DNA of 64,000 nucleotides from Schizochytrium sp. TIO01 (Eukaryota > Protista > Bigyra: Labyrinthulomycetes). Shown one piece after another: positions 1-10,501 of this stretch (the stretch's first letter is position 1; the number at the start of each line of letters is the position of its first letter). The stretch lies in NCBI GenBank assembly GCA_004764695.1, contig SMSO01000014.1, positions 3,839,648 to 3,903,647 on the forward strand. Reading direction: 5' to 3'. The notes beneath the pieces were generated by a model. The model was not told the origin of the DNA, made no database searches, and was given only the letters and a program-made list of their open reading frames with translations. The translations under genes and the position numbers were made by a program.

Positions 1-2
1 CA

Positions 3-1024
3 CATTCTTTTGAGGACTTGCGAAGACTGCGGCCTCATATGCTAAACCAGTAGCATACCCTATTAGATTACGAAAGTGCGTAGTAGGTAGTACGCATAGT
101 GGTGCGCTAAGGGGCCCTGGGGGTTCGGTAAGGGTCGCTAGAGAGCGCTACGAGTGCCGTGGATTTGGTCGTTTAGTTCTATGTCTTATCCTTTCGAGGT
201 TTTGACGCAGAGCTGTGAAACTAGATTGCATTGCAAAGCACGAGGTACCGAGGCACATGCATGCGTAGGAACAGAAGGAGGGTGAATGAAGGCAGCTTTC
301 CAGGCCCTGGAGCATTTGTTATGCACGGCAGTGACGATACAGATGGCGGCCATAAACTGCAGCGGAGGAGCGGTTCAAGCTAGCTAAGTCGTTTGCTGTG
401 CGCGAAGGTGGGGGTGACTGCTATGGCAAAGGGTAGGAGGACACTAGAAACTCTGACTGCGTAATGAGCTTATTGGTAGAATTGGGCAGAAGAGAACGGT
501 AGGAGTCGATAGGGCGTCAGTAGGGAACGCCTGTGCACAGAAGGACCCGCGCAGGTCCTCTGCAAGACTAAAGTGCGAATCGTACCGGACTGAGCCTACC
601 CCTGCACGTATATACTGTTATATTCCATGGTTAATGTTAGCAGTGCGCTCGGTCGGGTAATGGAAAGCTATAAGCTATCGTCCGCGAAATACATATTAGG
701 GGTACTAAAGGACTAAGCTATGGGGGGCAATGTAGAAAACCAAAAAGAGACCTAAATGATAGACCAGATAGGGGCTGAAAGGCGGAAAAGGAACCAAGTT
801 GAACAACTCTGCTCAAAGTGGTTTCTGTTGACGCAGGGTTAATTTTGTGGAGAGAGATTACTCTGGGAGATACAAATACAGCTAACTTGGAGAGATTGCA
901 ACACATGGCTACCTAGTCGCACGTTTGATGGACGCAAAGGCATGTGTTATCCTACAACTTTGGACTTTTTGCTTTGGGATAGCAAAGTCAAATCTGGGTA
1001 CTCGGAAAATCGGATGACATTATA
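3..1024 (+). pseudogene. Decayed coding relic of unknown family (runs off the window start)
   Basis: Frame +3 reads as protein-like stretches broken by many stops (HSFEDLRRLRPHMLNQ*HTLLDYESA**VVRIVVR*GALGVR*GSLESATSAVDLVV*F ... SALGRVMESYKLSSAKYILGVLKD*). No family recognised. Confidence 0.3.
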
Positions 1025-1084
1025 AGCGCCACTTGATCAGATAACACGCCTACCAGAAGCAAAACGAATAAGTTATTCTTCAAA

Positions 1085-1149
1085 CCAATAACTAACACCA
1101 ATAACTAACGCCAATAACGAACGCCAATAACGAACACCAATAACTAACG
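1085..1149. repeat. 13-bp minisatellite, 5 copies, CCAATAAC(T/G)AAC(A/G)
   Basis: Units start at 1085, 1098, 1111, 1124 and 1137 and abut directly. Confidence 0.95.
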
Positions 1150-1607
1150 TTAAGCTGATTGACTCAAAGCTATTCCACATTTCTCTAGCCGCGTGAGGAC
1201 CACCTAAATTGGCATTGGTAGCGGATGTTCCCACACAGATATTGGAGATTGAGACTGCGACCCAAGATATGTATGTGGCTTCAGGCATGGATAAGTCAAA
1301 TGAATCCTCTGATTTGAGGACTTCTAAATGCCATGTCCTGTCCTCTTCACAAGAATACCTTTGGATGCCAAGCTATGACAGTCAGTTTGTATTGTAACAG
1401 CGACTATAGTTTTGCGCTTGACGTGCTACTGGAGCTTTGGTATGCAAGCTTATATATTTCGGCATGCATGGTGGGCTATTTGGATTGACTGTGCCGCAAA
1501 AAGTCCCGTTTTTATTTCTTTGCTTACTCGATATTACTATCATTGAACGATGTACCTGTATTATATGTTGTATGTATGTAAAGGACAGTTTGCTGGTATT
1601 CTGTTGT

Positions 1608-1689
1608 ATTCTGTATAGTACAATATTTGCATTCTGTATAGTACAATATTTGCATTCTGTATAGTATGATATTTGCATTCTGTATAGTA
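1608..1689. repeat. 23-bp minisatellite, about 3.5 copies, ATTCTGTATAGTACAATATTTGC
   Basis: Units at 1608, 1631, 1654 (variant) and a partial unit at 1677; no spacers. Confidence 0.95.
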
Positions 1690-2608
1690 GGTTCAAGAAA
1701 TACTAGGCAATAGAGTGATATGAAAAAACAGAAAACAATAAAAATCGAAGTAGAATATACTTTGGAGCCCTGACGTGAACGCAGAGCGCTTTGGCGAAGT
1801 CAGATAGGTTTCGTGTTGTGGCGGGTACCCTTAAAGCTGCTAAAGCGTCCTCGAGGGTTAGAGGCGCCAGGGCCAGAGGGAAGAGCTGGAAGAGAGACCA
1901 ACGTTTTCTCGTTCGAACGTTCGTTCGTTTGTTCATTCGCTCGTTTTCTCCCACCGCCATCTTCTTCTTATTATTATTTCTTTTGGCTTTTCTCTCACTT
2001 GTCCTGTCACTTTCTCCTTTTCTGGGGACCTCAGTTCGCTAAAAGACAGCAGAGCATCGCGAAAGCTGATTATAGACGAACAGGAGAAGGCAGACTCTTG
2101 AGCACAAATTGCACTTAGGTTGATCCCTCCCGCGTATGTACAAACACACGTCTAATATTTCTTGACTTGTGCTAAAGAAAGAAGTAGAAAGTTTACTTCT
2201 CCTATTAATCTATTTCATAATAATAAGGAGACAACATAGAGAGGTGTGTGCAGCATTAATTCACCTGCACCTTGAGGACATTGAGCACCACGTGGCTCTG
2301 ATCAGGACTCACTGTGAAGTGAGTTGAGGAAGCCTCTGGCAAACCTGTAGACTAAGGCAGACTGTATTAGTGGCGCATTCGGGGGTGCCGTAATCGCGAC
2401 GAAGTGATAATTGCGCGGTTGAGGAGCTTGTGGGATAGCAACTGTGTTGACGCCTCGTGTTGTACTTGCTTGGCAATCTAACAAGTTCTGCTTTGGGATA
2501 GCAGAAACACACGTAACAGCACCAGCAGCATCGAGAACAGCCAAAGACAGACGAAGAACCGAGCGCTAAAGAAAAGTTTTGCAATTTCGTTCAAGCTTAA
2601 GCAACATA

Positions 2609-3811
2609 ATGATGAACTCAACAAGAGTCAGTACCACTGGGTTGGCAGAGGACCCAGAAGAAGCCAATGAGTTACTTTCAGCGACTGATTCCATTCGCAC
2701 TCGCAGCTCTTCGAGCGTGACTGAGGCCGGATTTGGAGAGGTGGAGCTTGATGAACTGATGGACGGAATTATGGGCTCATCCGACAAGAAGGACAAGTCT
2801 TCCCGCACACGTTGGCTAGCTCGTCGCATGGGCCGCTTTGGCTTTCTCTGCAGTGCTGCAGTGATCACCTGCATCGTTTACAGCCTTTTTTCTATCGGTA
2901 TGACCCTGGTCAACAAAATTATTCTGACCTCTTACCACTTTAATCACCACATGGTTCTACTTCTCTATCAGAACTCCATGAGTGTGCTCCTGCTTCAACT
3001 TGCTCGCTGGATGGGCTGGGTGACCTTTGACTCTTTGAAAATCTCACAGCTCGTAGCCTGGATCCCTCTCAACTTTCTGTTTGTGGGAATGTTGCTGACA
3101 TCATTCTTCAGTCTCAACCTGCTGTCTGTTCCAATGTCAACAATCTTCAAAAACTCAACTAACATTCTCATCACCTTTGGCGACTACATCTTCTACGGAC
3201 GGCACGTGTCTCGCGGTATTGCAGGCAGCTTGGCCTTAATGTTTGTTGGAGCAGTCCTTGCTAGCCGTAGCGATCTTGAATACAACACTCTAGGTTACTT
3301 TTGGGCAATTTGCAATTGCGTCATTACTGCAGCCTACGTGCTGTACATGCCTCGCGCTATGGCTGACTCAAAGCTTAACGCATTTGGACGTGTTTACTAC
3401 AATAACCTTATTTCCGTGCCGCTTGTAATTTTTGTGGATGTCATTTACACCCAAGATATCTATGCTTTACTCACCAGCTCAAAACTTATCAGCGAGAGCG
3501 AGGGTGTCCAAGAAGACCTCGGATTCTATGCAACATTATTCTTCAGCGGATGCATTGGTTTCTTTTTGAGCCTGTCGTCGTTCCAATGCGTCCAATCCAC
3601 CTCTCCTACTACGTATGCAATGGTCGGTGCCATGAACAAAATTCCACTTGCTGTGATGGGTATTATTATCTTTAACACCCAGCTCAACTCCCAATCCACC
3701 CTCTTTATTGGCGTTTCCCTGGCCGCTGGAACTATGTATGCATACTCAAAGTCACAGCTGGCCATGACAATGGCTCCGGTGCCAAAGCAGACGCCTTCTG
3801 CAAATAAATAA
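2609..3811 (+). CDS. Golgi nucleotide-sugar transporter, GDP-mannose transporter (VRG4/GONST-like, SLC35D/TPT family), about 400 aa
   Basis: About 10 hydrophobic segments; motifs MTLVNK, LLLYQN, LSVPMSTIFKN, YYNNLIS and SPTTYAMVGAMNKIPL (GxLNK-type GDP-sugar motif). First ATG is at 2609; the track start at 2579 is TTG. Confidence 0.9.
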   Translation: MMNSTRVSTTGLAEDPEEANELLSATDSIRTRSSSSVTEAGFGEVELDELMDGIMGSSDKKDKSSRTRWLARRMGRFGFLCSAAVITCIVYSLFSIGMTLVNKIILTSYHFNHHMVLLLYQNSMSVLLLQLARWMGWVTFDSLKISQLVAWIPLNFLFVGMLLTSFFSLNLLSVPMSTIFKNSTNILITFGDYIFYGRHVSRGIAGSLALMFVGAVLASRSDLEYNTLGYFWAICNCVITAAYVLYMPRAMADSKLNAFGRVYYNNLISVPLVIFVDVIYTQDIYALLTSSKLISESEGVQEDLGFYATLFFSGCIGFFLSLSSFQCVQSTSPTTYAMVGAMNKIPLAVMGIIIFNTQLNSQSTLFIGVSLAAGTMYAYSKSQLAMTMAPVPKQTPSANK

Positions 3812-4733
3812 TTTGAATTGATAACATGATTTGTCGGCCATGGTGACAACTCCGTATATTGGTTTAAGCTGGCAAGGTGACGATCCAGAAAGTGTCACTA
3901 TGCAAGCGACATATATGGGGATACTGCACTCTAAAAAAAGATTCTACCTATTATTTGCTTTTAGAAGGGACTGTTTGCTACATTGGCTTTCATTTGCTGC
4001 TGTCATTGAAGGTGCTGAACCACATTCGAAAAACTCCCCTCTAATTTTCCATCTAAATCCCTGGAGTTGCAATTAGTCACTCTACCAGCTAACTAGCAAT
4101 CCATCTTGACGAGAAAGAAAATAACACGAAAAAACACATGCGCAACAAGTCCTTCTGTAATGGGTAAGAATCTTTTGATTATGCGATCTTTGACGATCGC
4201 GACGTCAAACTTTCCCTTCAGGAGTATCCTAAAACTTAAACTGCTAAAAATATCACATGCAATTTCTCTTGCAATCACAAATAATGATTGTCCCGTTTTG
4301 GAGGGGAATTCGCCTTTTACACTATACAAATCAGTGGAGCCTGGCTTTAAATAAAAAAAATTGGGCTAGTGGAAACATCACATATATTGGGAAAACCTTA
4401 CAATTAGTACGGCTGTCTCTAAAGAGAGATCATATCCAGCTAAGGAAAATAATATATATGAAACTATTTGATAACATTTGCTAACATTATTAGGGAATTC
4501 CCTGCCTCGAGTCATGAAAATGTGGTGAACTACACAGAGTCAGAAAATTTGATATAATTGAGTAAGTCCTACTCGATATATAGCAAGCGTAGCGAAGACC
4601 TACATAATGTGTAGCAAAAAGAACAAGAACTAACGAGTGCAAAAGAGGACTATAAACTCACTCCTCTACGCAACCTCTACAAACAAGCAAGAAGATGCAG
4701 TCATGATTGTCATATGAGTTTTGTAGGCATAAG

Positions 4734-5807
4734 TTATGCCTCGGGATTCAGCTCAACTTCTTTGGCGGCTTGTGCGAGGAGTACGCCTAGACAAGAGCCA
4801 GTGGATGGGCAGTACTCGAACTTGTCGAACTTGAAGACATCCATCACCGTAGATACAAGCACAAGCTTAGACACAACCATTGACGGCTGCAACTCGCGAG
4901 TGTAGCCACGCTCTAGAAGAGCATTATCATCGAGACCAAGATGACTTTCTATAGCAGCATCAAGCTCCGCTTTGTGCACCATATGAGGGGGGCTGTGGCT
5001 CCCAACGGCGATACGAGCGATGTTAAAAGCACATGTGTCACCGCCAATTGTTACAACGCGAGACTCTGGCTTTGCAATTGGGCATGCCGTCTTGTCGAGC
5101 GGATCAAGAACATCCTCAATGAATTTACGAAGTCCCGCGACATTCTCTGCAGAGACCGGGTTAGGTGATACATCCGGTGCAAAATCGCGTCCTTGCATGC
5201 GCACCAATGCTGCAGTCACCGTCGAGGTGCCCATGGGTCCTTCAAATAGTTCTGAGCCTCCGCACCAGCTCAGTTGGAACGAACCACCGCCGCTATCCCA
5301 GCACACCAAGTCCTCAGCAGCCTTCTCCCCGGCAGTCATTCCAGTTACAGCACACGCCGTGTTCCAGCCAAGTGTGCCCTCTTCTGCCTGAGAAATGAGC
5401 CTCACATCGATCTCGTCCTCCTCACGAAGATTGTCCAGAAATTTAGGACCATCTTCTGCAAGCCTGAAAACTGCCGTACCTACGCCGCTGAGGCCTGGGG
5501 CACCAAGTTCAAGAGCTGCCGCGCGATAGGATTTGAGCGCTGTGCGGCACTGCTCAAGTGCCTCAGATCCAATGCGGCGCCCCTTCTTTTCGTCACTGCC
5601 GGCTTTGTTTGAGCTCTCAGCACCTCCCTCGCCATCGGAGCTACCAGACTCAAGTGCGTGCGCAAGAAGGACCTCAGTCTCACGTTGCAGCAGCACCTCA
5701 GCAACAGAGACGCCATGAGCGCCACTACGAAGACGCGCCACGACCAGCTTCGTAGACCCGCTGCCTACATCCACGGCAGCACGAACAGCACCCTGCAAAA
5801 CTGACAT
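4734..5807 (-). CDS. Ppx/GppA-family phosphatase (exopolyphosphatase-like, ASKHA fold), 357 aa, short form without HD domain
   Basis: Motifs AVDVGSGSTKLVVA, GVGTAVFRLAEDG, RLISQAEEGTLG (catalytic Glu region) and VCWDSGGGSFQL. Confidence 0.88.
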   Translation of the reverse strand: MSVLQGAVRAAVDVGSGSTKLVVARLRSGAHGVSVAEVLLQRETEVLLAHALESGSSDGEGGAESSNKAGSDEKKGRRIGSEALEQCRTALKSYRAAALELGAPGLSGVGTAVFRLAEDGPKFLDNLREEDEIDVRLISQAEEGTLGWNTACAVTGMTAGEKAAEDLVCWDSGGGSFQLSWCGGSELFEGPMGTSTVTAALVRMQGRDFAPDVSPNPVSAENVAGLRKFIEDVLDPLDKTACPIAKPESRVVTIGGDTCAFNIARIAVGSHSPPHMVHKAELDAAIESHLGLDDNALLERGYTRELQPSMVVSKLVLVSTVMDVFKFDKFEYCPSTGSCLGVLLAQAAKEVELNPEA

Positions 5808-6471
5808 TATACTTGGCCGTTCGTGGCCTGTTTCTAGGAGACCTGGATATTATAGAATGAGGATTTGATTCTCTTCTTGATCGTGATCTTGATCTTCAAA
5901 TTGCAGTGCTTTTTGTTCCTCATTAGTAGCGCAACGAAAGAGTACCTCAAAAAGGGTTGCTCAACCTTTCCCTCTGACTCTTTCTTCTATAAAAGGCTAC
6001 GGAAGATGGAACACTACCTTTATAAATAGGTAGAATGATACAGATATAGATGCAGTAAGCTCTGAGTTCGTCGGTGGATTTCCAAGGCCGTCACTTTGGC
6101 ACCACATGATCTGATTGCAAATCATATTCATGATTTCTTAAAGAGTGCTTTAGCATTCTTTTTTTCATTCTTCAAAAAAAATAACAAAAAAACAAAAAAT
6201 TGTGCATTAGTAAAAAGAAGTGACGACATAGCTAATTAGGAGTTGTGAGATGGGACGAGCGCGATGATCATTTGACGCTGTTCGCAAATCGCCAGGGACT
6301 ACAGCTCTGGTATTCGGGTTCGGTGAAATTCCTTTAAAGAAAGGAAAGATTATGGAAATGAGCAAACAGAAGGTGTCCCACGAAGAGGATAGGAGGGAAA
6401 AAAAGCTGTAACAAAGATGGACAAATATGACGATGGATTTTGTGCGAGCTGGCTAGGAGGAGTCGAGATAT

Positions 6472-7992
6472 TTACTCCTCAGGTTCCTCTTCCTCTTCAC
6501 CGACAACTTTAGGGGCCTCTACGTGGTCAACGTCAAAGTGCTTCGAAGCTGCAGCAATCATTTCGTCGTGGGTCTGGCCATCGATATTGTCATTGTATGG
6601 CATGAAGACCTTGCAAGCAGATCCAGTGAACATACCAGCAACGCCAGCGACACCAGAGTTAACATTGATGCCATGCCATCTCAAGAGGTAAAACTTTACG
6701 ATGGTTGACTGATCGAGCTGCTCCTCACTGCGGTAAATGCCGTACATGATCTTCTCCTCGTCAAAAGTGTCGAGAAGCTCTGGAAATCCACCACTGCCAG
6801 AGCCAAGGTAGGAAAGTTTGAGATCTTTACGACCACCAGCAAACTCGGTCACAGCCCAGTTGGTGGGCGTGTCATCATTGCGCACATCAGCAATGGCATC
6901 GAGGAGTTCCTCTTGGTTTGCGTACTGCAATTCCTGGGCACGTGCCTTTTCGACACCGCCCAAGAAAGTGCGCGCAAACAAAGAGCGGCGCTTTGTCTCC
7001 TTAGTGCGCTCCGTTACATGGGACATGGTTCCAGTTTTGCTGGCAATCTTTGCCATGGCAATCTCTTCGGTGAGCTCTTCAGGATCGGAGATGGCAAAAT
7101 CCTCAATGTAAGGTCTGAAGAGCGGGGCAATAGTACCCTTGTGTGTGGCAATAATGGCTTTTGCCATTGGGGGCACATTCTCAGGCGTGTGAATAACGAA
7201 GCAGAAACGTGTGGCGTTAGTCTTGTCGATCTGCTCCTGCAAGCGGAAAAGACCGTAAGAGACTTGGGTATCCACGCAGTGAGAAAGCATTTCGCTCACA
7301 TCGCCTTCGCCCTTGCTGTTGAATGCGAGGGTATCCTTGGACTCATATGTAGCCAGGCACCAACGGATGGGGGACTTGTCGTCGCGAACCTCTGCAATAG
7401 CAGCGGCAAGCTCCTCGTCAGACCCTTCAGCCCACTTGATGTTGGCACCCTTGACCAACTTGAAGTCGGCCTGAGTATCGGGCTTGAGCATATCACTCGT
7501 CTTGTGCCAGCCGATCTTGTTTCCACCGCGAATGAATGTAGCGGACTTGCGCTGCGTAACGCGATCTGCGGTCTGTGTAATCTTCTTGAGGATCTCATCA
7601 ACAATCTCTTCGGAGAGCTCGTCCTCCTCGTTGATCTCCATATCAGTATGGTAGCTAGAGAAGAGGCGCTTGATCTGGCCATCGTAGCTGCCAATCTTCA
7701 TTTTACGACGGAGAGGAATCACTTCAGGACGCCACATAATGTAAATGAATTTAATGGTCTCAGTACGTACTTGGCCAAGCTGCTCCCAAGAGAATTTCTT
7801 ACGAAGAAGAGCATAGGCCACATCATTGTCCGGCAAAACTGCCTTGATGCCAGCGATGCCGTCAGAGCCACAGTCAATAACCTTGAGGCTATCATCAGCG
7901 TCGAATCCAGCAACAACAAAATCTTCGGGGGTGGCATCGTTACGCACAGTCGCGAGAGCCTCGATGAGCTCGTCAGGAATGATGAGAGACAT
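6472..7992 (-). CDS. Actin-binding protein with three tandem ADF-H (coactosin/drebrin-like) domains, 506 aa
   Basis: Three internal repeats starting ELIEALATVRNDATPEDFVV, ELAAAIAEVRDDKSPIRWCL and ELLDAIADVRNDDTPTNWAV, each with GxG(G)xxE..Y(G/A)L(L/F)R..(K/R)F features. Strong codon bias. Confidence 0.88.
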   Translation of the reverse strand: MSLIIPDELIEALATVRNDATPEDFVVAGFDADDSLKVIDCGSDGIAGIKAVLPDNDVAYALLRKKFSWEQLGQVRTETIKFIYIMWRPEVIPLRRKMKIGSYDGQIKRLFSSYHTDMEINEEDELSEEIVDEILKKITQTADRVTQRKSATFIRGGNKIGWHKTSDMLKPDTQADFKLVKGANIKWAEGSDEELAAAIAEVRDDKSPIRWCLATYESKDTLAFNSKGEGDVSEMLSHCVDTQVSYGLFRLQEQIDKTNATRFCFVIHTPENVPPMAKAIIATHKGTIAPLFRPYIEDFAISDPEELTEEIAMAKIASKTGTMSHVTERTKETKRRSLFARTFLGGVEKARAQELQYANQEELLDAIADVRNDDTPTNWAVTEFAGGRKDLKLSYLGSGSGGFPELLDTFDEEKIMYGIYRSEEQLDQSTIVKFYLLRWHGINVNSGVAGVAGMFTGSACKVFMPYNDNIDGQTHDEMIAAASKHFDVDHVEAPKVVGEEEEEPEE

Positions 7993-10181
7993 CTTTCTTG
8001 GTAAAGAGTGAGCAAAGTCTCAAAGCAGAGTCGCGGAGATGCACGCTTTGGCAGACAAACAAGCAAGCACCTGCGGCGCGAGTTTGTTCAGGTATTGCTG
8101 GCGCTGAGTGCCGGGTGTGCGCAGCACGTGCGAGCTGCGCAATGTTCTGTGGCAGCAAGCTTACACAAGCCCAGCCCGCCGCAGTTGTACAAACAGGCTT
8201 CGAGTTTTGCTGCAATCTACTTCTGCCGCAATGCTTCGTGTGTATGCAACAGTTGTGCAGCCAATCGACGGACGATTGAACTCTGCCAACGCAAAGTCAG
8301 CACCTGCAGAATCAACTCGAGTCGTCCAACTCGCCTATAGCTAAATCATATCGTCATATATTCATTTCTTCTAGTAGGTAGAAAGGAATCAGCCATCAAA
8401 AAGAAAGAGAGAAAAAAATACTCTTTAGGAAAACAAACTCGAGAGCACACGTGCGCACACCCTTAATAATACCTGTATTAACTCCTGTAAAGCAAAGAAG
8501 GCCCCGTGTGCACGTCGACCTCTACCTTATAGAACAGAGAGGAACATTACTCTAGTGGAGCCCATATAATAAAAATGGTAGCAGTGGCGGATGTGGATTT
8601 CTTGCTTTTTTGCTTTAAAAAGTTTTAAAATGTTTCCTTTCTCTCTTTCTTCCTCTGATCTTTTGATGATTCTTTATTTTATTAGTAGAGGGGTGAAAGC
8701 GATGAGTGAAAAAGTCCATTTTGGCCAAGATGCTGAGCAGAAGAAGAGTCCACCCGAGAGGTGCGACGAAACACAATGGAGGCAAGAGCATAGGAGAGCC
8801 GGCCGCAAGCCACCTATGGAGAGTCTTTGGAAGACAGCCTGAGCGAATGTGGCTTCTGTGGATTGGATGACTGGCTACTTACTACCAAGTAATTCTTTTT
8901 GCGATCGTTGATTTTTAGCATTTTCTTTCAGAGAACAACGTTAAAAAAGAAAATTGACACAAACGTGGTCTTCGTTCGCCCACCAACAACAAACCCTCTA
9001 GATTCTGGATAAAGGCAAATGTTTTCATGTGAATCATGCGGGTCAGCTTCATCCAATTCTAACCTCGCTTGACGTGCGTGGTTTCTCAAAGTTTGCCAAC
9101 GTTGGTGTCGCGACATATCGCAAAAACTTAAAACAAAACAAAACAAAACAAAAACAAAATTGCATTCACGTGCCAAGAGTGTGCGCTAAGCGGATCTTGA
9201 CAACTCCGATGACGACGACACTCTCACGAGTTTATCATTTGCAAATTGGGCATGCAGAAGATCAGGGCCCTTAGTACTCGATCGTTCAGAGCAATCCAGA
9301 AACTTCTCTGGTAAGGTTGATTTTACAGGGCGGTAGAAGGGAAGGGTTTGCACGGCAAAAGAGGGATAGCAAAGTAGCCACCTCGAGCTCAGGCGAGAGA
9401 GGGATTGTTGGACACCCATCCACGCTAAGGTAAACACCAAAACACACCCTGCATATATATCTCGAACGATAGGAGTGATCACGATGAGAAGCTAGATGAT
9501 ATTGATGGCTTCGGCGTTAGTCAGGGAAACAAGGAGGACTCCAGAACATGACAACTATCGAAGCCAACTTGCATTCATGATACATTTCAGCAGGTAGTAG
9601 GTACACCTACACCTGCATAATACACACGCATAAAGTTTCTGATGAGCGGCAAGGGCCGATGAATAATACTTGGTAGTAAAGTAAAAATTACTTTTTAAGA
9701 GGGGGTGGGTACCTAGATAGTAAGTATTTCGTATTAGTTTTTCCGTAAGTCTACAAAACTCATAACGTAGGGACGAAGTATAGCCTGCGTTGCAGAATTT
9801 TTGGCGATCGTTCAAACACGTTGCGTTTTTCTGCTTGAAGGAAGGAGGCCAAGGACAGCCAAAGCAGATAATACAACTCCAGGCTTGGTAAGTCTGCAAA
9901 AAGTTTTGGTTAAATCGAGTGACGTGAGTGAACGGGGCATGCGGCTTACAAGTTATTAGGCTATAGAAGAACAAAGTTGAGGAGCATCTTAAATTGGTTT
10001 CGAGCTTGCAGTTTTCTAGGTAGATGTCTGCAAAGCTAGGATTGATTTGAGAAGTTGGTTGGAAATTCACGCCTAAGTTCAACGGCAAGGAAAGATGATT
10101 TTGAATTAGATCATACATTGCAAAGGGTTTGCAGCAAGTTCATTTGTCTCGGGATCTGGGCTTGGGGTCTTACACATCGCA

Positions 10182-10242
10182 TGGTCTCAAATGAAGCCGA
10201 GCTGCATTATGCAACCGATGCTCGGTTGTCCTCTTGAGACCA
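10182..10242. other. Nested inverted repeat / stem-loop
   Basis: TGGTCTCAA (10182-10190) pairs with TTGAGACCA (10234-10242); inner AGCCGAGC/GCTCGGTT; alternative hairpin CAACCGA-TGC-TCGGTTG. Confidence 0.6.
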
Positions 10243-10501
10243 ATATACATGTAGAGAGAATTCTCATACTTCTACAAGAATAAATTCTAGAACGGGAAAC
10301 AAGAATCTTAACCAATATTTATATTCAATTGTCATTCTTTCTGCGCAACATTAGCATCGCTAAACTACACTAACTACATTGATTTCGATTCAAGCTTCCT
10401 GACTGTAAGCTAACACATGTTTTTTAGCTAACACATGTTTTTTTTTTTAAGTAAGTGGAGAGTCGAGGATAGTACATCTTCAAATGCTCTATACAAACAG
10501 T

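Noticed and set aside
1085-1689. 13-bp and 23-bp repeats as possible CRISPR arrays
   Set aside because: Units abut with no unique spacers; no cas genes; eukaryotic context.
6913-8004. 363-aa antisense ORF over the ADF-H gene
   Set aside because: Same codon-bias shadow effect; TTG start and no motifs.
10191-10230. ATGA-led stem as a SECIS element
   Set aside because: The 3' arm is followed by GT rather than GA, there is no apical AA at the expected distance, and no upstream selenoprotein ORF was recognised.
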